From: Chiloscyllium plagiosum
Lineage: Eukaryota
DNA: 64,000 bases
Assembly (NCBI RefSeq): GCF_004010195.1
Contig: NC_057719.1
Coordinates: forward strand, 63,174,478 to 63,238,477
Direction: 5' to 3'
Position 1 is the first letter of the stretch; the number at the start of each line of letters is the position of its first letter. This document shows, piece by piece, positions 26,773 to 40,545 of the stretch. The notes beneath the pieces are model-generated. The model was not told the DNA's origin. It saw only the letters and a program-made list of their open reading frames with translations, and ran no database searches. The position numbers were made by a program, and so were the translations under genes.

Positions 26773-26911
26773 CCTAGTTGGAAATTGAGGAGCGAAGGCT
26801 TCAGTTTAACAAATAAAAATGGATACCTTTGAAGACCCAGGATATGATAAATATTACAGGTCAGAATGAATACCTTTTGGGGAGGTGGAGCATACATCAA
26901 TAGGACAGTTG

Positions 26912-27475
26912 AAAGTGAGGGCTGGAGATTAGAGTCAAGAGTGTAGTGCTATAAAAGCTCAGCAGGTCACGGAGCATCTGAGGAGCAGGAAAATCAATGT
27001 TTTGGGCATAAATCCTTCATCGGGAATGAGGCTGGGAGACTCGGGTGTGGAGAGATAGATGGGGGGGGGGGTAGGGTTGAGGAAAGGTACCCTGGGGTTG
27101 GAGGATCCTGAGGCAGAAGATGAGGCGTTCTTCCTCCAGGCGTTGGGTGGCAATGGAGGAGGCCCAGGACCTGCATGTCCTCGGCAGAGTGGGAGGGGGA
27201 GTTAAAGTGTTCGGCCATGGGGCGGTGGGATTGGTCGGTGCTGGTGTCCTGGAGATGTTCTCTGAAGCGCTCAGTGAGTAGGCGTCCAGTCTCCCCAGTG
27301 TAGAGGAGACCGCATCAGGAGCAACAGAAACAGTAAATGACATGTTGAAAGTGCAGGTGAAACTTTGATGGATGTGGAAGGCTCCTTTGGGGCCTTGGAC
27401 GGAGGTAAGGGGGGAGGTGTGGGCACAGGTTTTGCAATCCTGCGGTGGCAGGAGAAGGTGCCGGGAGGGGAGGAT
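26912..27475 (-). mobile_element. Penelope-like element 3' portion with internal deletion
   Basis: AEHFNSPSHSAEDMQVLGLLH and RLEEERLIF; PLE terminus. Confidence 0.85.
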
Positions 27476-27514
27476 GTGTCATTGGGCAGCATGACCTGAC
27501 AAGATGGTCATGGA

Positions 27515-28000
27515 GGGAATGTTGGAATATTGCGTGGAATTTGGTCTCCTTCCTATCGTAAGCTTGTTGTGAAACTTCAAAGGGTTCAGAAAAGATTTAC
27601 AAGGTTGTTGCCAGGCTTGGAGGATTTGAGCTATAGGGAGAGGCTGAACAGGCTGGGGCTGTTTTCCCTGGAGCGTCGGAGGCTGAGAGGTCAGGGAGTG
27701 CAGAACTAGAGGGCATAGGTTTAGGCTGAGATGGGAAAGATATAAAAGAGACCTAAGGGGCAACTTTTTCACACAGGGGGTGGTACGTGTATGGAATAAG
27801 CTGCCAGAGGAAGTGGTGGAGGCTGGTACAATTGCAACATTTAAGAGGCATTTGGATGGGTATAAGAATAGGAAGAGTTTGGAGGGAAATGGGCTGGGTG
27901 CTGGCAGGTGGCACTGGATTGGGTTGGAATATCTGATCAGTATGGACGGGTTGGACCGAAGGCTCTGTTTCCGTGCTGTACATCTCTATGACTCTATGAG
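27515..28000 (+). mobile_element. CR1 3' end
   Basis: RVWNKLPEEVVEAGTIATFKRHLD, 3' UTR and CTCTATGA tail. Confidence 0.92.
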
Positions 28001-29681
28001 TTGGCTGTAACACGATTTCATCACCAATACTTCAACTGCTATTTCTAAAGCACGATTTTTCTATAACATGGGGTTGCACAAGAACACGATCATCAGGTTG
28101 TAGAGGAACTGACTGTAATTCATCCTGCCAGTGATGATCGAAGTGGATTTGATAACCAACACACACTAGACAGTTTACAATTCGCGGATTGTAATATTCT
28201 ATCCACACTCTTATTTCTTTTATTTGCCTGTTGCTTTCACAATACTTAGGCTGAGAACTGTAGATTCCTAATAACAAGAAACATAGTGACTGAGTTTCTG
28301 AAGATATTCATTCATGTAAAGGGCATTGGCAGTATTTCACTATCGGCCTCTTCAAACAATAACTTATAATTGACAGATACTTGGTATAGATTGACCAACT
28401 GTTGACAAAACAATTTGCCATTGATTTTTTTTATGATTCATAGCAAACAGCCCCTTTCCACTGAACTTTAATTCTCACATTTCCTGACACTAGCACATTT
28501 TTTTGCACTTTACCAAATAGCATTTTACCCAACTGACTGTGTCTGCATTTTGTGCTTCACAGGAGAAATGTCACACAGAGAAATGGATTATTTGTGCAGC
28601 AATCACCAGCATGATTCCAACATGTTAAAATGTTTCATTTAAGAGCCAAGAAGTCCTTTAAAAATGTAATATTCTGCATAAAGCAGAGTCAATTACAGAG
28701 CGAAAACTCGACCTGTATCATATGGCATTGGTCATATTTGGCATTGTACATCAAAAAGATCCATAACTCAAAACAGAAGCTAAATTATCTGAATTGCCGA
28801 CACATCATAACGGTAGCGATTGGTACATTTGCTGTTAGTTCAATCAACTCCTGTTCCTTTGGTTCAGCTTTAAAACTGCTGATCAGATAAGATTACAGCC
28901 TGGGAGCACTTTTTTTCCACATAGGGAATATAACTTTTGATTACATTCTGAGCTCATTTCTTGTTAGAGCAATGGGAAATGATACCCAGAGCTTACAGTG
29001 TCCTGAATAATCTCACTACCGATTTAGAAATTTATTGGAGCGAGCTTTCCTGGTGTCATTATTGACAGATCTCGTTTGAAAACTACCCCTGCACATATCT
29101 CCATAAAGTGACTTAGCCATGGAACGAGAAGTTTGGAGTTTGGGAACTCAGTGTCAGTGCATTTCTAACTCTTGATCCCACATCACTTTGGGATCAGATG
29201 CCCACAGGATCTTTTTTTAAATGGCGGCCAATTAGTGAACTAGGAATGTGTTTATTATCCAATTAAGGTTGGACAGTCAATTGGAGCTTATCTTTGCCTG
29301 AGAGGTCAGTGTTGTAGATGGGTCTGAAAGAGTGGGGAAGGGTTAAAATTGAGGCGTGTTGTAAACACCATTCACTTTGAGCAGGTCAAGTGAAATTTTG
29401 GCAGAAGAGTTTAAGAGTGAGACCAAACATCTGGTGGTCCTCCTCAAACTCTCTATAACAATGTCTATGCTATTAATGTAACATGAAACTAGTTGCTAAC
29501 TTGCAATAAACTAGATTTTGTTAACCACAATAGTCAGCTAGTTATTCCAATTAGTTTTCCTCTGTCAGATTAAAACAAACATACCCTGTAGTTTCCTATA
29601 CTCAAAGTAGGGAAGACGATGGTGTTATGATCATGTTCAGGTTGGTTTGCTCATTTGGCGAGACAAATGGTTTGCAGTGGC

Positions 29682-29808
29682 AGAAGTGGGTACTGCAGAT
29701 GCTGGAGATCAGAGTCAAGATGAGAATGGTGCTGGAAAAACACAGCAGGTCAGGCAGCATCCAAAGAGCAGGAAAAATCGACATTTCAGGCAAAAGCCCT
29801 TCATCAGG
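29682..29808 (-). mobile_element. Solo PLE terminus
   Basis: Minus strand CTGATGAAGGGCTTTTGCCTGAAATGTCG followed by the common PLE tail. Confidence 0.8.
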
Positions 29809-30012
29809 AGTGTTGCTAACAGCATGGATTTAATTCTCACACTGGCTGACATTATCACAAAGGACTCTCCTTATCAACCTCGCCCCTCACCTGAGGCCTG
29901 GTGATCCTCAGGTTAAACCATCACCAATCATCTCTCTCCCTCTCTCTCTCTCTGTCTCCCCCTAATGAAAGATCAACCTTTAGTTGATAGGACTATGATG
30001 ATTTTACCTTTC

Positions 30013-30330
30013 GATGGTAATGTCACTAGATTAGTAATCCAGAGCCCAAGTGAACATTGTGGGAACATAGGTTCAAATGCCATCACATCAGATAGTGAAA
30101 TTTCATACAATAAAAAAATCAGAATTTAAAAAGCTAGTCTAATAGTAACCATGTCATAAAAAAACATTGTTAGGGAAGGGAAACTGTAATTCTTACCTGG
30201 TCTGGCCTACAATGTGAATCCAGACCCCACAGCAATGTCGTTGACTCTTACCTACCCTCTGAAATTCCAACAAGACACTCGGTTCAGCTCTGGCCTTGGT
30301 AACAACACCCTCATCACAGCAATGAAGAAA
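30013..30330 (+). mobile_element. Shark tRNA-derived SINE (other copies on the minus strand at 37085-37255, 52915-53200, 62615-62935)
   Basis: tggtaatgtcactaga...ggttcaaat head; cttacctggtctggcctac...ccagacccca core shared between the copies. Confidence 0.75.
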
Positions 30331-32199
30331 TGTAAAAAATAAAGAGGATAGTAGCAGCACAATCAACAAACAGATTATCACATAAAACAGGATCCAGCAT
30401 ATCCAGTGTGGGCAAAAGTGTTTTAAGTGCAAGAAGCTGAATCATTTTCCACACAGTTGTTTAGCAAGAAAGCAGACAAACGTGCCGATAGAGATTATAG
30501 AGGCAATTGTTTGAGAGATATCAGATAGAGCTTCAGATGATTGATTCTAAACCTCAGAACAAGTTGACAATATCAAGTCTAAAGGAGAAAAAAGGTTTAT
30601 GCCTGTTGCAGTGAAGACAGCATAATGAGCATAAAATAATAATGAAGTGTAAGATGGACCTTGATGCTTCCTGTAACATTCTGAGCTTCACTGATCTATG
30701 TATTGTGATATCAGATAGCAATTCAAAAGTTAAACTACCAAAGGTGAATTGAGGCTCAGTGATGGAGCAACGGTCACACTGAGAGGGCAGGTTGGTCTGA
30801 CACCCCAATACTATGGCAAGACAGAAGATCTGAAATTCGTAATATTAGACTTGACTTTAAACCACTCATTCACAGCAGCAGGTGCAAAGATCAGCGTAAT
30901 AACCCCAAAATGCCCCAGAAGAGATTAAATATTTCTTACGCCATTGATTGATGAAGAAACAAACAGCTCAAGACAGAGAGGGTCTGACTGCAGAACCACA
31001 AAGGAAAGCGGTGTTTAAGAAAACAGTGTGTGCAGTAGAGTCATCTGAGACAATATTGACAGTGAACCAAAGAGCACATCACTCTAATCAGCAGATACTG
31101 AAGAAAAACTGACAATGCATGTATACCATCGCAAAACACAAATCTGTCAAAAATTGAGTATGTTATGTGTGTAATTCAATGGACAAAAGTGGAACTAATT
31201 TAAATAGTAAACAGTTGTTAATGCATGAAAACTGTTGTTTGTATAACTTGGGTAACACTCAATAACAAACAATACACACTTTTTTTTACATGAAACAGGG
31301 TGATATTTAAATTGAAATGATCATATACAAATGTTCTTCCTAATCTGGGGTAATCATGTGACTTCTGTTATGAGGCTGTAGGTAGCCATCTTAGCTTCAC
31401 TTCAATGAAGACCTCGCATTAAGCATACTGCTGTGAGATATATTCAAAATAGTCATTTCGGCTGGAACGATGAGAAGTTTAAAAAAATACATACAGCTTA
31501 GATTGACCATTGCCTCCATATCAAGTGGGTGGCATAAGACATACCTACAGGAAGAGACATAAGTGGCCATAAAAGAAATATTAATTCAAAGGTGTAGAGC
31601 CAGAGGCATTGTGAAGCAGCTATTCGGGCAATGACGTTGAACAGATGAAAATCCTATATAGACCCTCTCCAATGAAGAAAGTTTGGGAGATTTCATTCAG
31701 GCTACAGAAAAGGCAGGATACCATCGTAAGAGCTGCGACAAAGGCAGGAGTCATTTACTAAAACTTCAAAGATAAGAGTCCTCCAGCAAAACTGCCAAGG
31801 GAGTGGAAGGCATTTTGTAAAACTTCATATTGGTGGAGTCATTCAGTAAAATGGGACTAAAGCATGAATTATTTATGAAAGCTGTGGGTAGCAGGAACCA
31901 TTCTGAAAATTGTTGTAGGAATGGGAATAAGTTATTAGGATCAAAAACAATGGGATTCATACTGTGAAGTTGTGGAGAAGGTAGAAATTATTTGTATTAG
32001 CCACAGAAGATTGGAATCATCCATTTTAACTATGAGAAGGCAGGAATATTTAATAATTAGTTACAAATTTTGGGGGGCAAAATCATAAAAAAGTACAGAA
32101 GAATTGATATTAAAGTGAAATAAGTGTTTTGGTAAATACAAATATATGATCACATAAGGAATATGGGGCATTAGGAACGAAACTGCCAAAAAAACTAAA

Positions 32200-33930
32200 T
32201 TTCAGAGATGGGCTAAAGAGAATACAGAGACATCTAGGAGAAAACAATTTCGAAGACCACAGAATCACTTCCAAATTAGATACTAAATCAGAAGTTGAAA
32301 ATATTGATACATTTCTTTTCACAAAAAGGGGTAAACATCGGATAATAAAATTCTTGAAAAAGCAAGGTTTTGTGGAAGAATCCAGCACTCAGGAGAATCT
32401 ATTGATTTCATTAACAATTTCTACAGATTATTAGAGAAATGTGACTGTGATTACTTGGAATCAGAATTCATAAGAGACGGAATTGTTGTATGAAATTCTA
32501 GTAAGTCTTTGTCAGTTTCATTACAGTCCAAAGAAGGCCTAACTCTAGAGAAAGTCATTCAGATGGTGAGTGACAATTGGACTGGATACCACGTAGATCA
32601 GTTCTAAGAGAAGGAGATCAATATTAAAAATCACACAACACCAGGTTATTGTCCAACAGGTTTAATTGGAAGCACACTAGCTTTCGGAGCGACGCTCCTT
32701 AATCGAGATCAATATTGACATGGCAGATCAACAAAGTCCATTTAGTTCTTCATTGTCAAAACTACAAATGACACATGAGAAACTAATACAGCTGTTCAGA
32801 TAGGCACCAGACACAAAGTTCTTGTGAGTATTGAGAAGCAAAATAACCTTTCAGATACAGAGAGTTTCCAATGATTAAAAGTGAATGCTTTATCTATCAT
32901 ACAAAAGGTAATTTACGGAAAATGTGCAGAAGTGGGGAACAATTTCAGAAAAGCAAGAAATCAAACAACTGCCCACACTGAGGTTAATGAGGTAAAACAT
33001 TTTAAAACAGAAGAAAAAATATTCAGAGAAGAAAGAAGAGATCTTAGAATTTTGACAAGTTAATATTTCAACCAAAGGTCATCTCAAAATTTCAATTTAA
33101 ACACAAGGGCAGGTGTCAGTCCATTATCAGGTAGTGAACTATGGCTAGGAAATCACTGTCTGTAGTTGACAACAGTGTGACTACATAGTCCAGCATATCA
33201 CAACATTTAAGTTTAGAGATGTGCTACAAGTAACTCTCCAATATTGAAGACATCAATTAATCGAAAACCTATGCGTACTCCGCAATTAAGAAATCTCCCT
33301 CTTGAGTAAGAAGTCATGTCTTGACCTCAATCATTTTCAAATGGTGCAAGGAATTAAACATATAAAGTTAAGGAATAGCTAGCTGGTCTAGAACAATTGG
33401 TCAAAGGAAAATCAGAAGAAAATTTCATAGGGCTCTCTAGACTCATAGCAGATTCTTAAAAAATAGAAGCTAACTAAATTAGTTATGTTGGCCTTGGAAA
33501 TTTGCTTCATATTACCAGTTAGATAGGAACTTGTGATTATACTGGATTGACACAAATATTTTCCACTGCTATCAACAAGAGCACTCAGACTGGAAGAAGC
33601 AGTCTAGAAACATCAAGCAAATAGATTGCACTATTCTTTGGCAATCCGTTGGATTGGATTTAATAATCCAATTATTAAATCTATAACTGTCGTAACTTGG
33701 AGTGCAGCATAGGTAAGTGAACAAATTGCCATGATAGATTTAGGACCTTGTTCAATGCCAATCAGATTCAAATTAGATACTGAGGCATCTCAGGAGAAAC
33801 AGGTTCAGACATGATATTTGATTCCCTTAACTTCCCAGGAAGAATCCTCAGTTACTGTGACAGAGATCATGCCAAGCCAGAAACAATCCTCAAATACCAG
33901 AATGTGGAATTGAATATATTGGTTTCACCA
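32200..33930 (+). mobile_element. Decayed Gypsy internal region (gag-protease)
   Basis: EFIRDGIVV (IRDRIVV) near 32465, LTLEKVIQM near 32540 and LNTRAGVS (LDTGAxV) near 33100. Confidence 0.65.
32626..32704 (-). mobile_element. Short PLE terminus (second family) with 12-bp TSD GAGATCAATATT
   Basis: TSD at 32614-32625 and 32705-32716; same family as 59108-59258. Confidence 0.85.
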
Positions 33931-34497
33931 ATACCCCAATCAGTTGGGGCAAATGAGAGAGTCCTAACCAATTAACATGTTGAAGTGAAATGTAACATGC
34001 TTTAGCAGATGAAATGAAAATAAAAATTTGCAGTTGCAGATTGATGATGTGAGAACTCCATAGACGTCACCACTGAGATGATGCTGCTCCTTTAACAAGG
34101 TCAGGTTGCCCTTGTCTTTTTTTCAGAGAGGCCATAAATGCATAGATTTCGATATGTCTGCATTTATCTATTTGAAGAAGCTTTTAAGTTAAAAAAAAAA
34201 CTTGTACAATGAAAGGGGAGTGGCCAGCTCTCCCAGCTCAATTTTTCTCTGGTTTATCTTGGTTTTAGCCATCTGACAGTTGAGAGTGGCTGGTGAAAGA
34301 AACATGCTGATCCTCTCTCTCTCTCTGACATTTGTCTTGTAAGAACCTGTGTCTGATTTTACCTTTTTTGCCAAGGGCATGTTTATGGGGGCTGTTGCAA
34401 GTATTTGCAACAGCATCATTAAGTTGGTGATTGTTCTCCTTTGGTCACAAATTGTAACCACTTAAAAATTCAGGTTCAGAATCTAAATTCATCAGAA

Positions 34498-35335
34498 TGT
34501 AATGGGATAATAGCATGACTTTAAGAGGTTTATTTCATCCTGATTTTATTTTTGAAGAGAAGATTTAAGACAGAGGTGAACATTTTCTATTTGAATTCAA
34601 TAAAATACACAGCTTGGGAGGCCTTTTTTTTTAAAAGTTCGAACAATAGCAGCAGCCTGAATGGGTGGGGTCAAGCTCCCACAGAATCAGAATGTTTAGT
34701 TTCAGTTTTTCAGTAGCAGTTAGTGATACTGGGTTTGAAGCTGTAGTCTTGAAGCTGGGTTTGGAAGCTGTAGTACATCTCTCCCTGCTACTCTATGAGT
34801 GTTATCTTGATGTTTTTCCTCCTGGACTAGAGAATTGCCCGTGAGATGATTTATTTTATCAAATTTGTCTTTGCCAGGGATGTGTTATGGGATGTTACTA
34901 TATTGGAACAGTTATTATTTAACAATTAAACAATCTATTATTCTGTTAAGCTTTCCAATAGAGTTAAGTTATTCCAATTTCTTCTTTTGTTATATTTTAA
35001 CTATGAAGAAAGTGTGTTTTGCTTCAAATCTGGTTGTCTGACAAATCTAATTGATTTTGGAACACACCATTTGGCACTTGCCTTTAAAATATGAAGTAGT
35101 TAGGATCTAGGCTATCTACTTAATACCGAACAACCTTAATTATCCGAACAAGATAATGGTTGGGGAATATTTTGTTCAGATAACTGATTGTTCGAATAAG
35201 TGATTGTTCGGATGATAGATAATATTTTGTAAGACCTTGAGATCTTGTTTAGTTAATCCAAAATTTGAATAAGTGATGTTCAGATAACCGAGGTTGTTCT
35301 GTATGTTTTAATGAGATTTGGTCTGGTCCCAAACA
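34498..35335 (+). mobile_element. Probable solo LTR; related partial copy at about 34050-34460
   Basis: TGT...ACA ends; a ttttgcca.gg..tgt.ttatggg motif occurs at about 34370 and 34870; no clear TSD. Confidence 0.45.
35126..35301. mobile_element. Tc1/mariner-type MITE, 176 bp
   Basis: Imperfect TIRs CCGAACAACCTTAATTATCCGAAC / GTTCAGATAACCGAGGTTGTTCTG; TA flanks. Confidence 0.8.
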
Positions 35336-35339
35336 GCAA

Positions 35340-35775
35340 CTGTGGCTCAGGAGGCAGTTCCCTGAATCACTAAGTATTGTGTTTAAATCCCACCCCAGGC
35401 TTACGCATGAAAATCAAGACCAACACACCAGGCAGAACTGAAGGAGCTTTTGCTCTCTTGGAGGTGCTGGCTTTTGGACAAAGATATTAAGGCTGAGGCT
35501 TCACTTGCCTCATTGGCTGGATGTTTATAATCCAATGATACTATTTCAAAGAAAAGCAGTGATGTTACTCCTAGTGGCCTGACCAACATCAAAGACAAAG
35601 ATTATCTGGTCTTCAGCACATTATGGTTTGTGGTAGTTTGCTGAGTACAAATTAGCTGTCGGTATTCCTCCATCTCAATAATGGCTACACTTCAATAAGT
35701 AGTCCATTGGCTGTAAAGTACTTTAAGATTTTTGGTGGTCCTGAAGGCACTAAATAAATGTGAAATTCTCTCTCT
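35340..35775 (+). mobile_element. Deu-domain SINE (SacSINE1-like), old
   Basis: tgtggctcag head; ggaggtgc..ctttt, actatttc.aagaa.agcag and ctacacttcaa...cattggctgtaaag tail motifs. Confidence 0.7.
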
Positions 35776-35826
35776 TATTTAAACACAATCTTTTCTTCAA
35801 TTGAACCTCATTAACTAACCAGGTGT

Positions 35827-36600
35827 CATGGTGGCTCAGTGGTTAGCACTGCTGCCTCACAGCACCAGGGTCCCTGGTTCAATTCCAGCCTTGGGTGACT
35901 GGCTGTGTGGAGTTTGCATGGGTTTCCTCATGCAGGCCAAGTCAATTGGCCATGCTAAATTGCCCATAGTGTTAGGTGCATTAATCAGAGGGAAATGGGT
36001 CTGGGTGAGTTACTCTTCAGAGGGTCGGTGTGGACTGGATGGGCCAAAGGGCCTGTTTCCACACTGTAAGGAATTTAATCTAATCATAATCAGGTTAAAC
36101 CACTACCAGTTGACTCTTCCTTATGAGACTGTAGTCTAGTAAGACTGGCAACTTTACCTTTTACCTAACGTATCTCCTGTTTGTTCTGGCCCTAACTGTG
36201 TCCCTTAGTTCATTCTTGTAAACTTATGCCATACTCCCTCCAAGGCCTATTAATATGTCCTTGCAAGTTCTCTACGTGGGTTTCCTCCGGGTGCTCCAGT
36301 TTCCTCTCACAGGTCCAAAGATATGCAGGTCAGGTGAATTGGCCATGCTAAATTGCCCATAGTGTTAGGTGCATTAGCCAGATGGAAATGGGACTGGGTG
36401 GGATACTCTTTGGAGTGGTGTGGACTTGTTGGGCCGAAGGGCCTGTTTCCACACTGTAGGGTATCTAATCTAATCTATTTCCCCTATCCTATATTTATCC
36501 CTGACTAATGTACCTAACACTCTGGGCAATTGAATGTGACCTGCACACTTTTGGATTGTGGGAGGTACCAAAAGCACCCAGAGGAAACCCACACAGACAC
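35827..36600 (+). mobile_element. HE1 SINE cluster (35827-36085 +, 36275-36477 + 5'-truncated, 36480-36600 - partial)
   Basis: A/B boxes, ggccatgctaaattgccc core and TCTAA tails. Confidence 0.9.
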
Positions 36601-36974
36601 AGATTATCACCAAGCCTCAAGTGAACAGAGAGGTTGAGAAGGACAATCCTTCATGGTAACCTCAGTCGGTGCCACACAACTGGCATCGCTCTGCATTGCA
36701 AACCAACTGTCCAGCCAACTGAGTTAACCCAATATCCTAGATGTTAGAAAGCACTTCTATACACAAAAGGGTGGCACAGATTTGGAACTCTCTTCCAACA
36801 ATGGCAGTTGATGCTAGGTCAATTGTTCATTTTAAATCTGAGATAGATAATTTTTTTGTTAAGCAAAATTCAGGGGCCAAAGGCAGGTATGTGGACTTAG
36901 GCCAAAGATCAGAGTTGAAGTGTGTTGCTGGAAAAGCACAGCAGGTCAGGCAGCATCCAAGGAACAGGAAAATT

Positions 36975-37002
36975 GACGTTTCAGGCCGGAGCCCTTCATC
37001 AG
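36975..37002 (-). ncRNA. Minimal hammerhead ribozyme core in PLE terminus
   Basis: CUGAUGA-A-GGGC(UCCG)GCCU-GAAA-CGUC. Confidence 0.62.
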
Positions 37003-37439
37003 GAATGAGGCCTCAGATCAGTCATGATCTCACTGAATGGCAGAACAGGCAGACAGGAGTGAATTGCTTATTCCTGTTCCTATGCAGACCCAGTGGGTAA
37101 GGAAATGCAGATTTCCTTCCTTAAAGACTGTTAGTGAACCCAAGGAATTTTCCTGATAATCTGACAGCTTCTTGGTCACACTGAGATTGGGTTTTAATTT
37201 CCTGAATTTCAAAAGTGAATTTAAATTCTCAGGCATGCCCATTGTGGGATTTGTTCTCTAGTTTTATAACTCATCATGAACCCAAACAAATTGCAGATTG
37301 CTGCAATGACAGAGTCCAAAACTCACATCATCTATGGGTGTCTCTGCTGGCACTTGGGGTGTGTTGAAGTTTTGGGATTGGGGTATTGGGTTTTAAGAGG
37401 TTTTTTTGGGCTATATTTTAGGGGGTTCTTGAGGTTTGA

Positions 37440-37795
37440 GCTGTGACGCATTGAGTGGAGGAATTGCATTGGGTAAGTGGAGGAATTGCATTCTTTAGAC
37501 CCAGTTTTTTTTAAAAAAGGTTACTTTCAGAGGGATGGCAGTGAAGGCAGTGCAATGTTCCTCTTGCAACATGTTTGAGGTGAGGGATGCCATGGACGTG
37601 CGTGGCACTTGCAGGAAGTGCACCCATCTCCAGCTCCTCCAAGACCGTGTTAGGGAACTGGAGCTGGAGTTGGATGAACTTAGGATCATTCGGGAGGCAG
37701 AGGGGGTCATAGATCAGAGTTATAGGGAAGTAGTAACTCCAAAGATGGCAGATAGATGGGTGACAGTGAGGGGGACTGGGAGGAAGCAACCAGTA
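37440..37795 (+). mobile_element. CR1 5' end: ORF1 N-terminus (zinc finger and coiled coil)
   Basis: MAVKAVQCSSCNMFEV...CRKCTHLQLLQDRVRELELELDELR. Confidence 0.85.
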
Positions 37796-37799
37796 TGCA

Positions 37800-39700
37800 A
37801 GAAATTGTTGAAGAGGGGAAAAATAGATGGACAGTAAAATAGATGCAGAAAGATTATAAGACCTTCTACCAGGTTGTAAAAGGCATGATTAATGGCAGTT
37901 CTTTGAAGGCAGACACTGGAGAAAATAAGGAAATGTCAAAGTTATTAAACAAATATTTTGTACGCATCTGCACTATATAAATAATGAGGAAGCATGGGTC
38001 TAATGTGAGAAAAGAACTTAAAGTAATTAATATTATTAAACAAAGAAGACTGGAGAAATTAATCGAAATAAAGCCATTAAATCCTCTGGATCCTAGAGTT
38101 TTAATTGAAGGACTGCGGGGATGGTAAATGTTTGAACTTGCAGAATTTCCTAGATTTTAGAACAATGCTATTGGATTGGAAAATGGAAAACGTGATCCCA
38201 CTATTCAAGTAAGGAGAGGGAGAATATTAGTTAATATAGACCAGTTAATCTGATATCTGTATTTGGGAAATGCTAAAACATATTATTAGGAACATGCTAA
38301 CAGAAGTCACATGATTAGGAGCAGTCAAGACAATTTAATAAAAGGAAAGTTGTATGTTAAGTCTGTTAATGTTTTCATGATTGTAACTATTGCATTGTGT
38401 AGTTTCTGCCACATAGACTATGGATTCATGACAGACTTGTCAAAGTGAAGGCAAAATCAAGAACTACCTTCGGGTTTAGACTTCAAACTAACATATTATA
38501 CATTATCGGTAAACGTTGCTTTACATGGTGATCATAGGCATACCAAGCTGTAGAAAACTATAGAACGTTCACCACATAACTATCTTGTAATTGTATTAGG
38601 CAAGGTCTAATCCATCCTCTTCATAAGTTCGTGAACAAGTGCTATCAAGAACCTCTAAAGTTCTAGTCTTGAGTTGTATGTTAATATTCTAAGCATTGTA
38701 GAAAGTGAGGACTGCAGTTACTGGAGATCAGAGTCGAGAGTGTGGTGCTGGAAAAGCATAGCAGGTCAGGCAGCATTTGAGGATCAGGCAAATCGATGTT
38801 CCAGGCATAAGCCCTTCATCAGGATTCTCGATGAAGAGCTTATGCCCGAAACATCGATTCTCCTGCTCCTCGGATGCGGCCTGATCTGCTGCACTTTTCC
38901 AGCACCACACTCTTGACTGGGAATATTCTAACTCCACTTGCATTGTGCTCCTTATGCTCAGTGATATACAGCTCTGTAACATCATTGTAGAGTTGATCCA
39001 AGGTTCTGAAGCCCCTATGCCCCTATGTAACTGGCAATGAGAGACGGAAAGTACTGAATGCACTATATTTGGGCCTTCAAAATGAGTTCGTTAAGATACT
39101 ATAGAAGGGGTTGTGACACAAGATTATAGCCCATGGAGTTGTTTGCAATATGTTTACATGCATTGAAGATTGGTCAATGGACAGAAGATAAAGTGTAGGA
39201 AATAAACAAAGTATTTTCAAGTTGGCAAGTTGCAACCAGTGGAGTGCTGCAGGGGTCAATGCTTGAGCCTCAGTTATTTTAAAACTGTGTAAATGATTTT
39301 GATGTTGGGGATTAGTGTGTATTTCACCCAATATGGTTGCAATATGAAGCTAGATAAGAAAGTAAGTTGTGAGAAGGATGCAAAGAGGTTGTGAAAAGAT
39401 TCCAGCAGGTTGTGAGAAGGTGGCAGATGGAATATAATATTGGAAAGTTAAAGCTATTCACCTTGCTAGGTATAGAAGACACTAGACTGTTTTCATTTGG
39501 GGAGAGTCTACTTAGTGCAGACATGCAGAAGGATCTGGGTTTTTTTTGTATTCTCAACACCATCGAGTGTGGAAGCTCAGTCATTGTATGTATTTCAGAC
39601 TGAGATCAGTTGACGTTTGGACACTAAATGAATTAAAGAATATTGGGCTAGGGCAAGAAAGCAGAGTTGAGATCCAGTTGGAACACTGGGGAAACTTTTT
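37800..39700 (+). mobile_element. Old CR1 ORF2 relics (37800-38400 and 39100-39700)
   Basis: Degenerate DWKMENVIPLFK, YRPVNL and RRWQMEYN motifs. Confidence 0.65.
38701..38916. mobile_element. Head-to-head pair of PLE termini (palindromic insertion)
   Basis: 38730-38820 is largely the reverse complement of 38830-38916. Confidence 0.85.
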
Positions 39701-40545
39701 AAATTTAGTGAACTTGAGAAGGGGCTGGTAATATATTTTCATTGGTTGAAACGGATTAATGTCATACCAAATGAATGAGAATTAGAACCTAGTTCACAAT
39801 TGTCCAGCAAATTCTGAATGTCAAACTAGATCCCTGTGGTGTCACTGTTTTGCTGTCAACCTCCATCCATTGACATTTTTCAAACTAACATTTCATGCAT
39901 GTGTACAGCTTGTCATGTTCTCGTCACTTTGAGTTAAATACACATCAAAAGACATGAAAAATATGCTCTAAATTGGAGATCACCAAAGGGCAAGTTTTGG
40001 TTCTTACAGATTTTAAGACCTTTCGCAACTGTGCTGGCACATTCCTAAAAAGAGGAAATGAAAGCCAAGAAACTTTATGAATAAAATGTCACAGTCAATG
40101 TGGCAGACTGCTTTGGGAGTTCCTTGCTTTATATCTGCATATACCATGCAATGCACAAGAAAGTGATGGTTTTTGACATTTCAGATTTCTCAATCAGCTT
40201 TCATGCAGTCAAATGATTAGTTACTGTGGAGGTCAAATTCTACGCAGCACCAATCCTGTGTGTTGGGCTGCTGCAGCTCATGATCCAGTCCCCAAACTAT
40301 TGTTGTCTATATTTGTTTTGAAATTCTGTGCAATCACCACCATACAGGTCTGTGAGTTTGTTCTGAGGTCTGTTACAGCCACTATTATGCTGGAAAGATC
40401 ATAACACCCAGGGACAGAAGTAAGCCATTCAGCCCATTGAGTCTGCTCTGCCATTCAATGACATCATGGATGATCTGATAATCCTTAAATCCACTTTCCT
40501 ATCTTTTCCGCAAAACCCTTAAATCCCTCACTGACTAAAAAAAAA

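Noticed and set aside
28032..28277. Possible piggyBac C-terminus or ribosomal L20-like peptide (MNYSQFLYNL)
   Set aside because: Flanking diagnostic motifs are absent and the frame is interrupted by stops.
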